Assembly: GCA_032718475.1 (NCBI GenBank) | Contig: JAUCBJ010003870.1 | Span: 1-64,000 of the forward strand | Direction of reading: 5' to 3' | Length of the DNA stretch: 64,000 bases | Source of the DNA: Nemertoderma westbladi | Lineage: Eukaryota > Animalia > Xenacoelomorpha | In this document: piece after piece, positions 1 through 12,681 of the stretch | Position numbering within the stretch: position 1 is the first letter of the stretch | How the letters are laid out: each line of letters opens with the position of its first letter | Made by a program: the position numbers and the translations under genes | Notes under the pieces: generated by a model | What the model was told of the DNA's origin: nothing | Database searches by the model: none | Seen by the model: the letters and a program-made list of their open reading frames with translations, nothing else

Positions 1-249
1 GGTGATCTCATTTTCGACGTCCTTCTTAAATTTTTACGGACAAACTGGTAGTGGTAGGCGAGGCGGAAAGACGGTGATAACACGAGAACATCTCACGAGA
101 ATATCTCACTATAAAGCCGTTTATGAAAAAACTCCCCATTAAATTATGCATAATATGAAATTAAAAAACCCAAAATGTGCAATTTTAACCAAGGGAGCCC
201 CCCTCCCCCCTTTAATAAAGAAGATTCATAATTGACAACAGATCAGCTA

Positions 250-335
250 CTACTACTACTACTAGGATCGGCATGCTGCATTGCAGCTGCATTTTTAAGA
301 ATGCTGTGCCGGCTTGTCGACAAAATTGCGCCGCC
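250..335 (-). mobile_element. Severely 5'-truncated RTE-family LINE insertion (3' end with (TAG)n tail)
   Basis: Near-identical to 1527-1615, the 3' end of the RTE below; flanked by direct repeat ACAGATCAGCTA at 238-249 and 336-347 (TSD typical of target-primed reverse transcription). Confidence 0.85.
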
Positions 336-1526
336 ACAGATCAGCTAATAACAATATACGCCTAAGTAATGGTGCAATATGTAGGAAACGTTACACACCC
401 ATTTCACTGGGCCCTAATTATGGGTCAGCTGGGTGTTGTGCGACCAATGAGATTTGGATGCGTAAACCAGTAAATAGTATAAAAGACCCGTTGACCCGAC
501 CTGATGGTAGGAGGCCTACCATAATCAATATCTTCAGTTACAAAATGGAGTAGCAGCGTTGACCGGTTTACAGCGGTACGGGTTAATAATCTAATGAAGC
601 TATTTAATCTAATATTCTTAGGTGGGTAGTAAACTGCTAGCGCTATCATACTTCGTGCAATAAGCTTCTGCTTCCTCCACCTCATTATTAAACATACTAC
701 TCTCCTACCACTAACTATATAATACTAACCCACACTATAATACTAGACCTAATAAGACCGGTTGAAAATGGTAATCACTTTGACAAACATTATTATTGTA
801 ATTTAATTTCATACTTATATACAGCTGGTTCTGATCCCCCAACTTTTTGTTAAAATTGTTTGTGGAATGTACATTTGTTGAATTTAGTGGAAATAAACAA
901 ATAATTGAATTAAATTGAATTGAAAATACAGTAGTTTTATTAGTTTTAGATAGGCGGCCATGTAGGTAGTAGTCCAAATTGTCGACATGCTACAGCTAGG
1001 GGGACTGCATTACTGCTACTGCATTTAGCTAAGTGTAGATGTTATGGAAGGAGGGTCTTCCCCAGCAATAAAAACGATTAGTATTATTCGCGAGGGGCTA
1101 AACCCTTCTTCAGGCGATTATTATATATATATAATGCTACAGGCGTCAACCTGCCAATCACCACATCCTCTGAGGATGAGTCACGGCGGTTCTACCACGC
1201 ACAACTACCCTTTAGTGGTTAGTAGTAGACCTACAGTAGTTGGTGTGGGGGGGGGGGGGGGGGGGTGTGTTTAATGGTTAGTAGTAGACTACTACTATCA
1301 CCAGTAGTAGTGATAGAGGGGGGGGGGGGGGGGGGGTCGAGGGGTTTGTTGTTTGACGCGGTTAGTACTGTAGTAGTAGACGTAGTGCGATAGAGGATGG
1401 GGAGGGGGGTATTAACAGTTAGTAGTATAAGGGGGCACTAGCGTAGCGAGGGTAGGGTCCCAGGGTCCCGGGACCCTACCGTGTAGATTCCAACTTACAC
1501 TAACTCTGAGAGCATTTTGACATCGT

Positions 1527-2372
1527 CTACTACTACTACTAGGATCGGCATGCTGCATTGCAGCTGCATTTTTAAGAATGCTGTGCCGGCTTGTCAACAA
1601 AATTGCACCGCCACAACTCCCTATCACCCATGACATTTTCTAGATCATCCGCATCTTTAAGGCCAGTGTCCTTTAAGATGCGTCTCAAGAAAGTCATGGG
1701 CTGTCCACCATGCTTATTCACTCCATGAGGCTGCCAAAGTACAAGATTATGCACTGGCTGGTCCTCACGGCGAAAGCAATGTCCTGCAAAGCGGAGGCGA
1801 TTTTGTTCTAGTGTCAAGCTTGGGGGAACCAATGAGACACCTCCAATGTTATATAGTGTCTGGTTGGAGATGTGTGCATTGTACTTGACACAATGTACCC
1901 GGCGTAGCATTCTTGTGAATGTGCCATCCAGAGATTTGGTGTCCTCAGCAGTTAGAGCCCAGCATGGACTCCCGTAGAGGAGTACTGGAACTACTGCTGC
2001 TCTACATAATCGGACCTTAAGTTTCCGATTAATTCTCGGTGACTTCCAAATCCTGGAAAGCCTATTCAAGGCTGCCCATGCCTTTCCCTTGCGTATTCGA
2101 AGGTCCTCACCTGACTTCCGGATCCATGATCACAGGTAACAGAAGTCGTCCACATGCTCAAGCATACCATCCTTTGAGCTTATGCTCATCCGATCAGAGA
2201 CTTGCTGAGGACTTTCAAAGTTAACTGCCAGAATTTTGGTCTTTCTGGAGTTAATAAAAAGACCAACACTAGAAGCAGCATGTTCTAATGAGCTGAGGAG
2301 CCGTTGGGCTCCCTCTAATGATTCTGAGAGTACTCCTAAGTCATCAGCAAAGTCTAGATCAGTTAGGTACAT
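1527..2372 (-). mobile_element. RTE-clade non-LTR retrotransposon, 3' fragment (RT C-terminal part, frameshifted)
   Basis: ORFs 2130-2378 (DLDFADD motif) and 1572-2069 (VPVLLYGS..W, RLRFAGHC..R) are typical of RTE ORF2; (TAG)n tail; matches the copy at 61525-61626. Confidence 0.9.
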
Positions 2373-2434
2373 CGTCAAGTTCCGTTAAATTAAAAAAATT
2401 ACAATGACAAGTGCAATAAACCGAATATTAGAAA

Positions 2435-2730
2435 ATATATCGGATCTTGCGAGATGACCACCCCTTCGGAATTTAACAGCTTTTGTTTTTGATAAATTTA
2501 CAGTGAGTTCGTTTATCCTGCAATATTCTGCGAGTTTTTCGAGCGAATTTTGTACCTCTATTGTTTTACCGGCGATTACAAGGTCGTCCGCGTACATCCA
2601 GACAAGGCATGCCGTCGTGATGATGGTTGCTGGGAGATCGTAAACGAAAAGTGAAAACAACAGCGGTGAAAGTTTATCTCCCTGAACTACCCCGATCGTT
2701 TGCGCAATAGGGTCTAATATGTAGTTGCCG
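2435..2730 (-). mobile_element. Non-LTR retrotransposon RT fragment (different family)
   Basis: GVVQGDKLSPLLF and YADDLVI RT motifs, LTVNLSKTK. Confidence 0.8.
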
Positions 2731-3084
2731 CGTCAATACTTAAGTGCTTAAGTGAGCCATACTTAAGTGAGGTATTACCCCCTCCTCGGTTAAAATTTTC
2801 CCATTTTTGATTTATTATTAATCTGATGCAGAATTTAATGTGGGTTTAAAATCTTAAAACGACTTGGCGAGATCTTTTGTAGTTCTCGAGTTATCGCTGT
2901 CTTTCCGTCTAACAGTTTGTCCGGACAAATTTAGAAGACAGACAGACAAGCCGTCAGACAGATTATTGACAGACATTGATGATTTTTGTGAGTTGATATG
3001 AAGCCATAGTGCTAAACATTATTAACCGATTGACAGACAACATATGTTTTTTTTTTAGTTAGATTGTTTCACTCGTTCTTAACA

Positions 3085-4055
3085 TATTGCTGCGGATTGA
3101 GCACCGGTGCACAATTCGTGTTTTAATTTTACCTGCGGCAGGTTTTACTCCCTGGCAACTTCTTACTGCGGATTGAGCACCGGTGAACATGACCTGTGCA
3201 ACTCTGTTACTGCTCTGCTATTTTGGCTTGGTTAGCCTTAGTGCGGAGGCTATAAGTTGAGCACCGGTGCTCAAATACATTAGCTGTTGTCTTGAGCGCT
3301 GGTGCTCAATATTTCCACTTATATAAATAGTGGCGGGATTTTTAAAATGCTTTAGCAATAAATAGCTATTGGGCCTATTTGATTTAGTTCATTGTTAGTT
3401 AAGCAATAATTGTTTCTGTTTACGTGTTTTTATTTATGTGTTAATTTATATTGCATGACGCCAAATGTGATGTAACAATAACAATGTTATTTTATGTTGT
3501 TTTTACTTTCTAAATGTTTTTAAAACCCAAATGATTGATGAGGGTGGGTCGTTAAACTCCAGTCATTATCTACTACGCCCCGCCCATACACAAGCATGGA
3601 CCCACGAGAGGGAAGGCTATGGGACTACACCCTGATATTTTGGAAGTGGCCAAAAGTCATTTACTAATGTGATGGGATAATAATTTGTACAGTTTTGAAA
3701 ATTGTGAATCCTGTAAGAGTAAAATCATAAAAAAATGTATAAAATTTTGATGAAATTCAAACTACTATCTCTGGACTGGAAGGAGGTATTGAGATGCAGT
3801 TTCTTCCATGGTGGTTCTCCATTGTTTTATAAATACAATGATTGTGAATTTGAGCGCCGATGCCCAAAGGCATTCCAGCAAAATGTAATTAACAAAAAGT
3901 AATTTGTTGAGCACCGGCGCACTATCCGCAGTTGAGGAACTGCACAGGAATGTTCACCGGTGCACAATCCGCACTAGCTAAACGCCAAGGCTCAAATCTT
4001 GCCGCAATCATGGAACAGCACATGGTTGTTCACCGGTGCGCAATCCGCAATAACA
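3085..4055. repeat. Probable non-autonomous DNA transposon with repeated TGAGCACCGGTGC(A/T)CA palindromes at both ends
   Basis: GCGGATTGAGCACCGGTG units at 3090-3310 and inverted CACCGGTGC.CAATCCGC units at 3908-4050; exact ends not resolved. Confidence 0.5.
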
Positions 4056-4289
4056 AAGAACCAGTGGTTTTAGAGCCGCAGCTAACGTGTTTTAAAAATA
4101 TTAGTGATAAAAAGCGGATTTTTCAAAAGTAATATTTATTACTGCTTGGTTTGTGGGAAACTAAATAATAATTATACTAAATACTGCAATGCATCTTTAT
4201 TTACTTGCGGTATGCAATAAAGCAATGAATAATCCTGTAACTTATACATTTAAAATAAACGTAATGCTGTAACAACAACTGTAGACACT

Positions 4290-4545
4290 ATCGGTCTCAC
4301 GATATAACTTAAAGAAAATCGGTTCTCGCGCATTCAAATACGCTGCCCTTGTCCTATATAACAAACAACCTCCCACTCAGTTTACGGAATTACTCAAATT
4401 TCCACTCATTCAAACGACAATTAAAAACAGGTTTAAAAATTCGATAATTTATTCTGTAAAAAATATATTTTTTTTTTTCTGTGCATTTCACTTTTGTATT
4501 TACTTAGCGCCTTTGAACCGTAATAGAAAGGGGCGCTTTATAAAT
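4290..4545 (+). mobile_element. 3' end of a CR1/L2-group LINE
   Basis: GSRAFKYAA-like coding remnant and GCGCTTTATAAATA terminus; the (TAT)n tail resumes at 6301 after the hAT insertion. Confidence 0.55.
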
Positions 4546-4553
4546 AACTTTAT

Positions 4554-6292
4554 TAGAGTTGCAACAGAGACCTGTTTTTCTTAATCCCGGTAAACCAGAG
4601 CCCTACCCAGAGAATTATTTTGAAAAATACCGGAGACCAGAGCCGGAGATCAGAGACTTTGCTTATTTTTGTGCTTACATTTTGATTAGTCCCATAAAGC
4701 ACAAACAGGTACATATGGACTGATAACTATTTTTATATGGTTGAATTACAGTAACTCCAACCCATATCAACCCTGACCCATTGGAATAAAATAAGCGCAC
4801 GTACACGTACAGGTTGGGGGACTTAATTAATATTAATTTGGTTATTTGTTTATTAATTGGTTCTTATTTTGTTATTGTTAATAATATGGGGACTCTTACA
4901 CTTTACCGTGCCATTATAGCCATATTTTGATATAATAAAATGATCTTAAAATAGTTGTTCTAGAACAAAAAATATTTGTTCTAGAACAAAAAATATTTGT
5001 TCTAGAACAAAATTGTTATATTAAATGTATAGATAATATATTCTAGAACATTAAAAAATAAACAAAAACTAGCTAGTAAACAAAATTTATACAAAGATAA
5101 CATACAATAAAGAATTAACAAGTTAGCCAGTGCTTTGTATTTTTTGTTCTAGAACAAAAAATATTTGTTCTAGAACAACATTTTTATATGAAATAGATTG
5201 ATAATGCTCTAGAACATTTAAAAAGCAAGAAACAAAAACTAGCTAGCTTGCCATTTTGCAATTTTATGATATAATAAAATGATAGTTTTTAATTTATCAT
5301 ATCATAATTAGGGAAACTAGAAGGAAGTGAAGGAAGTGTACCCGGTTTAGTAACAAACAATAAAAACATTAGCTACACAAGACGTAACAAAATATAATTG
5401 TACGAAGAGTAAATTACGGTATCACTTGCGTAAATATATATTATATAATTATAACAATTATATTTTATTGAATTATATTGAATATATAGGTGGCTCGGCA
5501 AACTGTAATGAGAGCTCCTCAGTCCTATTACACTTTACCGTGTCATTATAGCAATAGGTGGCACGGCAAACTGTAAGAGAGCCATAATATGTTACATAAA
5601 TTTGTTTTGCGCCATAGGTACTGGTACTTTGTTAATTAAAGGCAATTATTTTACAATTGTTCAAATCATATACATTTCATTCAATGTACTATAAAATAAA
5701 CTTAGTAAATTACAAATACAGTGCACAGGTATGCTACTCTACTCGCCCCATTTACAAGCGTCGTTACGCTCGCTTTTCTTCATTTGGTCGTCATATTATC
5801 TATCCTACAACAAGTTGAATGGAGATCAGCCCTTTCTTTCACTTTTAAACATTATGAGTGCTCAAATTAAGCACCTTTATCCTTAAATAAGAACCATGTT
5901 TAGGTGCTAATTTAACTTAAAATTAAACGCACCTTAAATTAATTAAATAGAAGATTATCGGTACATTTAGTTTGAGTCAGATTTAGAGTTAGATTAAAAA
6001 CAGTGTAAAAGTGAATATATAATTTTGTTGAAGCGGAGTATTAAAAATATTTAAAAATTAAAGAAATTATTAATTTTTTTTGTAAAAAATTTGTGAAAAA
6101 TAATCTTCATTTCACATTTTGTGTTGTACAGGATCTATTTTTAAATAACTATTTCTAATTTGTAAAATCACTGATCTCTGGGTAAAATGTCTGTTTTCAA
6201 TACCCGGGAACCAGAGACATATCCGGAGACCAAAAAATAGCCCGGAGAATCCAGAGATCAGAGATCAGTGACAAGTCTCTGTTACAACTCTA
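4554..6292. mobile_element. Non-autonomous hAT-like DNA transposon
   Basis: TIR TAGAGTTG(C/T)AACAGAGAC; 8-bp TSD AACTTTAT at 4546-4553 and 6293-6300; subterminal CCGGAGA/CCAGAG repeats; no transposase ORF. Confidence 0.85.
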
Positions 6293-6423
6293 AACTTTAT
6301 TATTATTATTATTATTATTATCATCATTATTTTATATATATATAAACGTCGATTATCTTCCGAAATCACTAACTTAACCCGTTTCTAATTGAAGTAAATC
6401 TATTATTATATTTTTTCACCAAG

Positions 6424-9400
6424 GTTGTTACAACTATTGATGTTCTGGATTTAATTCCCCACGGTGAGACTTACAGGAACTGTCAGCCACTCAAACACCG
6501 AATCAAAAAGTCCATCTCCCACCAGCAGCCAATCATAGGCCTGCTCCTCCAGTTCGCCTCCGACGACACCCAAATCGTAGTCATGGAGATGAGTCGCGAC
6601 CCCTCCACTGTCTGGGTGGCTGACGTCATTGCCCATATGGTCCCGCCGCGGGGTGACGCCATAGACTTCCAGTTGACCCCCAGTTGGGTCTGGTACGTCG
6701 GTGCGGGGGAGGCCGGCGAGCTGGTCGCGTGCGCCCCCCTGCGGGAGACCACGGAATCCCGCACGTGGCACCACGTGGCCCCGGAGGAGGGCCTCCCGGA
6801 GTTACCGCCCCTGGAGGAGCAGCCCGACTCCTCCGAGTTGTACATCCGGTCGCTGTTGGACGGCTCCACCGTCGCCCCGTCCGTGGTCCGTCGCGCCCTG
6901 CGGATTCTACGTCGCCGCGAGGGGGAGCCCCTCGGTGTGACGTCACGCGATCTCCGGGGCGACGTGATGTCGTTACTGGAGGGGTCCGATACGGATTGGC
7001 GGCGTTTCTATGACTACTGCGTGGACTACCAGCGGGAAGACGGACGTCTTTACGGACTCAGCGTAGCGCCATCTAGCGGTTGCGTCGCGCTGCTCAAGAA
7101 GAACCAACTCTCCTTTCTTCGCGCTTGCGACCCGCTAGAGGGCGCTCTGCTAACACCCATTGGCTACCCCGTCGTTAAGGACATTGTTTACGCCTACCCG
7201 TTCCTTAACGACGGCGTCACCGAGGGCCTCGTTGCCGTGGCGACCTGCTTGAAGGTGGTCTCCGAGTCGGTTACCATGGATATGTTGGCCTCGGTGGACG
7301 CGTTGCTGGGGGACCCGGACGTGGACGTCGGCTGCGTCTGCGCGGACCTCTACGCCGCGGTGCTGCGGGGCTCCGAGGGGTCCGTCAGTCTGGGGGCCGC
7401 GCTGTTGGCGCGCGTCGGCGCGATAAGGGACGTCAGCGCCGCGCTCGAGGGCTACTTGTCGGCTTTAGATATAGGGGAGGTGGAATCCCAGTCGACGGAA
7501 CCCACCGGGGACTTCGAGTTGCTGTACGCGAGTGAGTTGGGGAGGGGGGTGGTGGGCCGCGCGCTCAGGGGGTTCGTAGAGACCCGGTACCACGCCAGTC
7601 TGGGTCTCGTCCTCCTGGTCCACGCGCTGCCGGAGTGCCGCGCCCAGCTGCTGGCCCCCGCCCTCCGATTGGTCCGTTGCTACCACGCGCTCTACTGGTT
7701 GGCGCGCGCGCCCTGCGTCCACGGGGCCGCGGCTTCCGGCGCCCTCCAGCTGGCCGCGTTCCCTGGGCGACGCCCCGACACCGCTCCCGCCGCACTCGCC
7801 ATTCAGTGTTTCCTAGGCGGCGCGCGGCCCCGCGCCGCCCTATTGCGCCGTGTGGCCACATTGAGCGCGCCACTCAGCCCGTTATGGACTGGCGCGTTGG
7901 AACACATTGTGGCGACAGCGGCTGCTCTTCTGTGGCCCGCCAACCCGGATTGCGTTCTAGTCGCGGAGCCGTTGATGCGCGAGGGCCAGTACTCGGTGCT
8001 GTCGCAGTACGCCGAGTTGGTGGCGGCCGCGGCCCCCAGCCAGACGACCAACGGCCCCTTGGAGTTCATCCGGGGGCAGTGCGCCCTCTACCGGGGAGAC
8101 GAGGACGCCACTGTAGATCATTTGCTCAACGCGATCCAGTCCTATCCCTCTCAGCTCCAACGAGTCATCCACGTCGATTCAGCGGCAGCGAATCTTCCTT
8201 ATTACTTCCATAAGAAAGTTCTAGAACAGTTAGTGGATACCGGGCATCACGAGGCAGTGATTCGTGTTGTCAAGGCGACGTTGCGGTGCGTGGGCGAGGA
8301 TAACGAGGCTCTGCGGGCCGCGCTGTGGAGTCGCGCATTTCTGTCGCATCTGGAGGGGGCCGGGGACGGCGGTTGGGAGGAGGCGGTGGCCTGCGTCAAA
8401 CAGAACCCGGACGGTAGGGGGCGCGGCGAGTTGCTGCGCGGGCTGGTGGTCCATCTGTGCGAGCGTGCGCGCCGCCCAGATGTGCTGATCGAGCGGCTCG
8501 ACTCTCAGTTCGATCGGGTCGTCGGCCCCGCCCTGGAGGCGCGCGCGCGCTCGTTGGACGCGCACCGCGCGCGCCGCTACTACCAACTGGTCTACGCGTT
8601 CTACACGCACCGCGCCAACCATCGGCGCGCCGCCTCCCTCGCCTACGAGGCGGCGCATCGGTCGCCCTCTAGCGGCGTCGCGGTTCGCTTCTACCTCGCG
8701 TGTCTCGGCAGTCTGCGGCTGCTCTCAGAGAGTTCGGCGTGGCTAGTGAAACCGAACCCCGAACCCGGAGGTTCTATAGAAGCCGTTGGAATCGCGCAAA
8801 TACAGAGGGAATATTCCGACTTGGCGACTCAGATTAAGTTGTCTCGGTGCCAGTCCGAGCAGATTGGCATGGCAACAGGTCCCGGTCTAGTAGCCCAGCT
8901 GGTACAGTCTGGGCTGTATGAGGACGCTATCGGGTTGTCAAGACTACACCAGTTACCCTATGATGCTGTCCTCAGGGGATTAGCTAGGGATTGCGTCAGA
9001 GCCACTCAAGCATCCAGTAGTGGGCGTGATGGGAGTCTAGAAGGCGATCTATGGGCGAGTTTAGAGAGATATACAACGCGTTACAGCGGCTGTCTAGACG
9101 GGTCTACAGGTGGTGACGTTTTGGGCGCGGTCTCTGAGACTTTGCTGTGCGCGGGTCTTCCCTTACCCGACTGGTTGATTCGTCTGTTTAAGACGCAACA
9201 CCCTTGGCGGTTAGTCTCTCTGTACACGAGTTACGGTCTCTACCAACGGGCTGTAGACGCTTGCTGCGCTCGTCTAGATGCGCTGCTAGGTGGCGCTAAA
9301 GGTGACTACCAACGTGGTGAGAGTCTCCAAGCTACACTGCCGTCTGTCTGCGTCTCGTACGGTCCTATAGATAAGTTGTTACAGTGTCTACGTATAAGTT

Positions 9401-9570
9401 CTGATGCAGACGTCAACCAAATGTCGGAAACTCTAGAGATGCGAGTTAAACTCTATCTGAGTTATGTAGATAAAGTCTCTAGAGACATGTTGGAGGTGCG
9501 ACGGGAGCGGGGCAGATCGTCGCATAACTTAGTATCCCGAGTTAATCACCGAGTCTTCCAGGAAGTTTAG
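6424..9570 (+). CDS. NUP160: Nuclear pore complex protein Nup160, large terminal exon
   Basis: 995-aa ORF that extends in frame upstream to a TTTTTTCACCAAG splice acceptor at 6423. Nup160-like helical-region motifs include L..LV..LCER, LEARARSLD...YYQLVYAFY..R.N.RRAA...YE, YLACL..L.LL....AWL and LPDWL...Y...GL. Confidence 0.85.
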   Translation, partial: VVTTIDVLDLIPHGETYRNCQPLKHRIKKSISHQQPIIGLLLQFASDDTQIVVMEMSRDPSTVWVADVIAHMVPPRGDAIDFQLTPSWVWYVGAGEAGELVACAPLRETTESRTWHHVAPEEGLPELPPLEEQPDSSELYIRSLLDGSTVAPSVVRRALRILRRREGEPLGVTSRDLRGDVMSLLEGSDTDWRRFYDYCVDYQREDGRLYGLSVAPSSGCVALLKKNQLSFLRACDPLEGALLTPIGYPVVKDIVYAYPFLNDGVTEGLVAVATCLKVVSESVTMDMLASVDALLGDPDVDVGCVCADLYAAVLRGSEGSVSLGAALLARVGAIRDVSAALEGYLSALDIGEVESQSTEPTGDFELLYASELGRGVVGRALRGFVETRYHASLGLVLLVHALPECRAQLLAPALRLVRCYHALYWLARAPCVHGAAASGALQLAAFPGRRPDTAPAALAIQCFLGGARPRAALLRRVATLSAPLSPLWTGALEHIVATAAALLWPANPDCVLVAEPLMREGQYSVLSQYAELVAAAAPSQTTNGPLEFIRGQCALYRGDEDATVDHLLNAIQSYPSQLQRVIHVDSAAANLPYYFHKKVLEQLVDTGHHEAVIRVVKATLRCVGEDNEALRAALWSRAFLSHLEGAGDGGWEEAVACVKQNPDGRGRGELLRGLVVHLCERARRPDVLIERLDSQFDRVVGPALEARARSLDAHRARRYYQLVYAFYTHRANHRRAASLAYEAAHRSPSSGVAVRFYLACLGSLRLLSESSAWLVKPNPEPGGSIEAVGIAQIQREYSDLATQIKLSRCQSEQIGMATGPGLVAQLVQSGLYEDAIGLSRLHQLPYDAVLRGLARDCVRATQASSSGRDGSLEGDLWASLERYTTRYSGCLDGSTGGDVLGAVSETLLCAGLPLPDWLIRLFKTQHPWRLVSLYTSYGLYQRAVDACCARLDALLGGAKGDYQRGESLQATLPSVCVSYGPIDKLLQCLRISSDADVNQMSETLEMRVKLYLSYVDKVSRDMLEVRRERGRSSHNLVSRVNHRVFQEV

Positions 9571-10871
9571 TTAGAGGAACTACGGACTTAATGAGCAGTC
9601 GATAAATATTATGCAATATTTACCTTTTATTGTCATTCATGTATTTTTGATATAGAACTGATCAATAATTTGTTAACCTTTAATGAACGCAGAAATATTA
9701 TTAATATATGTTTGTTTAGGGAGAATTACCTGATACATCTTTTTTTTATATCATCTTGCTGTTGTCAATGTTTCTGGTTTTAGAAATAGCTTTGTACCGA
9801 GCGATCGCAGCGAGGGAGGTTTATATAAATTGTCATGGGTCTTGAACACTGAATATGTTTAAGTTACCACAACAACTGTACGGTATAGCGTCTACAGTCT
9901 TATTCTCATTATACACTGGGCCCATGTGAAGTATACCAAAGGGAGGAGGTTGGAACTGATCTGTTGATCAATGCCACCTAGTATACACAAATGGAATCAA
10001 TGTTTTAGATATTGCTATCAATTATATACCATTTATATATAAAAATTGAACGCGTTTGATAGGCAAAAAATTATATAATATTAGGACTTTATTTTAATAA
10101 AAGTAGTGCATGTTATACTGTGTAGCATGTTATGTTATAGCATTATTATATGGAATCCATGTGATATAGCATTCATAATAAAATTATTTTATTTATCAAT
10201 CGATAGATGCCAAAATGTAATTGTAGCACATTGTGTTACGGTATGTTGATTCGATTATCAGATTGTGCAGACCTACTTCACGCCGGGCTCTAACTGCTGA
10301 TTCCATGTACAATGCACACATCTCGAACCAGACACTATAAACATTGGAGGTGTCTCATCCCCCAAACAATGTTTATTCTACTCCATTGGTCTCACATTGT
10401 ACCTTTATCAAAGGATATTACCCCGTACAAGAAAATACGTTTATTTTCTTCCAATTGTATTATAATGAATAATATATTAAAATTTAAAAAGTTTCATGGG
10501 TGGCTTCTAAAACTACAACGCTTTAATTATTCAAGTAATACTAAATAATATTTATTTATTTTGAAATAATTCCTTGCAGCACCAATAATATTTTACTCAC
10601 TCATGTGTCGAATTATATTCCTTAACAGGATGAAATACTTACAGTTGTTACACATCTAAGATGTATTTCTAAACGTGTCCAAAGTTCGCAAGGGCAGCTT
10701 CTGATGCTTTTACAGATAATTGACAATAACTCTGAATTTATGAATCTACAGTTAGTAGGCCCTTGTCAATAATATGGCTAAATACAATACCGGTAAATGT
10801 TTCGGGGTTGTTGGTATATACCAGCCATAACCTCAAGCCTTACCTTGCACGAAAACCAGGCTCAAAAAGTC

Positions 10872-10989
10872 GGCAGAGTGCCGCCTTTATATAATTATAA
10901 CTTAACTCCCAGGGCGGCAGAGTGTCGCCTTTATATAATTATAACTTAACTCCCAGGGCGGCAGAGTGTCGCCTTTATATAATTATAAC
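10872..10989. repeat. Tandem repeat, ~44-bp unit, ~2.7 copies
   Basis: GGCAGAGTG(C/T)CGCCTTTATATAATTATAACTTAACTCCCAGGGC repeated. Confidence 0.85.
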
Positions 10990-12681
10990 CGCTTTCAGGG
11001 AAGAGTTCATTGTATCAAAATTATCATAATGTGAAACTTGGGGTCTATCTTCCCGGTATAGTAAATGTGAATAAAGAAGTTTTTATTTAAAAATAATGTA
11101 TTTAAATTTAATAAAATAGGAAAAATACTGATAATAAATTAATAATTCTAATGACATTTCGACCAGATGACTACAGAGACTGAAATAATAAAGATAATGT
11201 GAATACTGAATTTGAAACAAATACTGGCAGTTAGAATTCAAATCTACCGCCACCTAGTTATCCCGAAAATAGTTACACGTTGTGGGCTCTTCGAGCAGCA
11301 CGTGTTCAAATGTTCAATGACTGAACAGCGACTAATTAACAAATTTATGAGAGATTCATTGACCAGCTACCGACAGACCAATATTGTGACATATATTTTA
11401 GTTTAATGTTTGATTCAATTAGAGGCACAAATTTAAAAGGCTACAAATATATAGGGGTGAATAATTAAATTAGTCACCCATTAAAAGGTAGCCAAATATA
11501 AATTGCAATCTATATAAATTTTTAAATTCAGTAGTGTGCGTGTGTTGTGTATTGATTCCGTAGATTTCATGTTGAAATAGCGTTCATTAATTTAATTTCT
11601 ATTTAATTATTCAGGCATACTAATACCCACTTTAAATTAGTTCGTGTGTGTTAAGTGTGTAAGATTTGATTGTTTCGGCACGAACCCATTAGGGCACAGA
11701 AACTGACGAATTCTTCGCGAATTTCGCAAACGTCGCGAATTTCGCAAACGTCGCAAAATCGCGAATTTATTCTACAATTTTGACTCCTTAAGCAAAAGGG
11801 TCCCTTAATTTTTTTGTGATTTTGAGTGCTTTTTTATATATAATGTATATATATAATGCTAGAGCTAGTATTTTTTACTAGCTAGTAATTTTTGGAAATT
11901 ATTTTGGTCATTAATATATTCTTCAACAGTTTAACCTGAAATATCATGGACTTTCACGTTTTTTATAATTTCTAAAAATACCAGCTAGCAAAAAAACACT
12001 AGCGGTAGCTATCACAAAAAACATATCTACTAATGTTCTAGAACTTACACCAATACCAAAAAAATTTAAAAACTCTAAAAAATGATTTGTGAAAAATGGC
12101 TGGGGTGTCGACAGGGCGAAGTAGGGACCGTGTTGCTTAACCCCTTAGAGCCTATGACGTCCAGTGCATGTCACCATGGACAACACTAAACGTGCAGTGG
12201 ACGTCATGCTGGAATACATGTTTTATTGGAAGGCTCTTGGAGTAGGTATACTGGTGGACAGTATTAAAGACATTTAGTGCTCTTCATGGGAAAATATCCA
12301 TTCTGTACTGTAGATAGGCTGTATTGTAGACTGTATTATCAATGTTAGGTATATGGCGTAATGCCAACCACAGTACAGTAGTACAGACTGACAATATGAC
12401 CGACAGACAGACAGACTCGATTTATTAAACGTGAAAACTGACATCTGAAATGAAATCAGCACCCATTAAAACCCCCATAACGAGAATGTTAGTTAATTTG
12501 CATTATTATTTATGTTTTGACAGACTGACTAACAGAATGACCGACAGACAGACAGACTAGATTTATGTAAACGTGAAAACTGACATCAGAAATGTAATCA
12601 GCACCCCCATAGCGAGAATGTTAGCGACAAGTTTTAATTATTAATCATATTTCGTAAGATATATTTTAAAACATTTATTTA

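Noticed and set aside
1245-1340. Long poly-G runs (also at ~18200, 22070, 38470, 39980, 40385, 62060)
   Set aside because: Common simple repeats in this window with no evidence of a specific function
6451-8672. Many overlapping short ORFs on both strands
   Set aside because: By-product of the high GC content of the Nup160 exon
6424-9570. GC-rich block as a bacterial horizontal transfer or contaminant
   Set aside because: It encodes a eukaryote-specific nucleoporin and starts at a canonical splice acceptor
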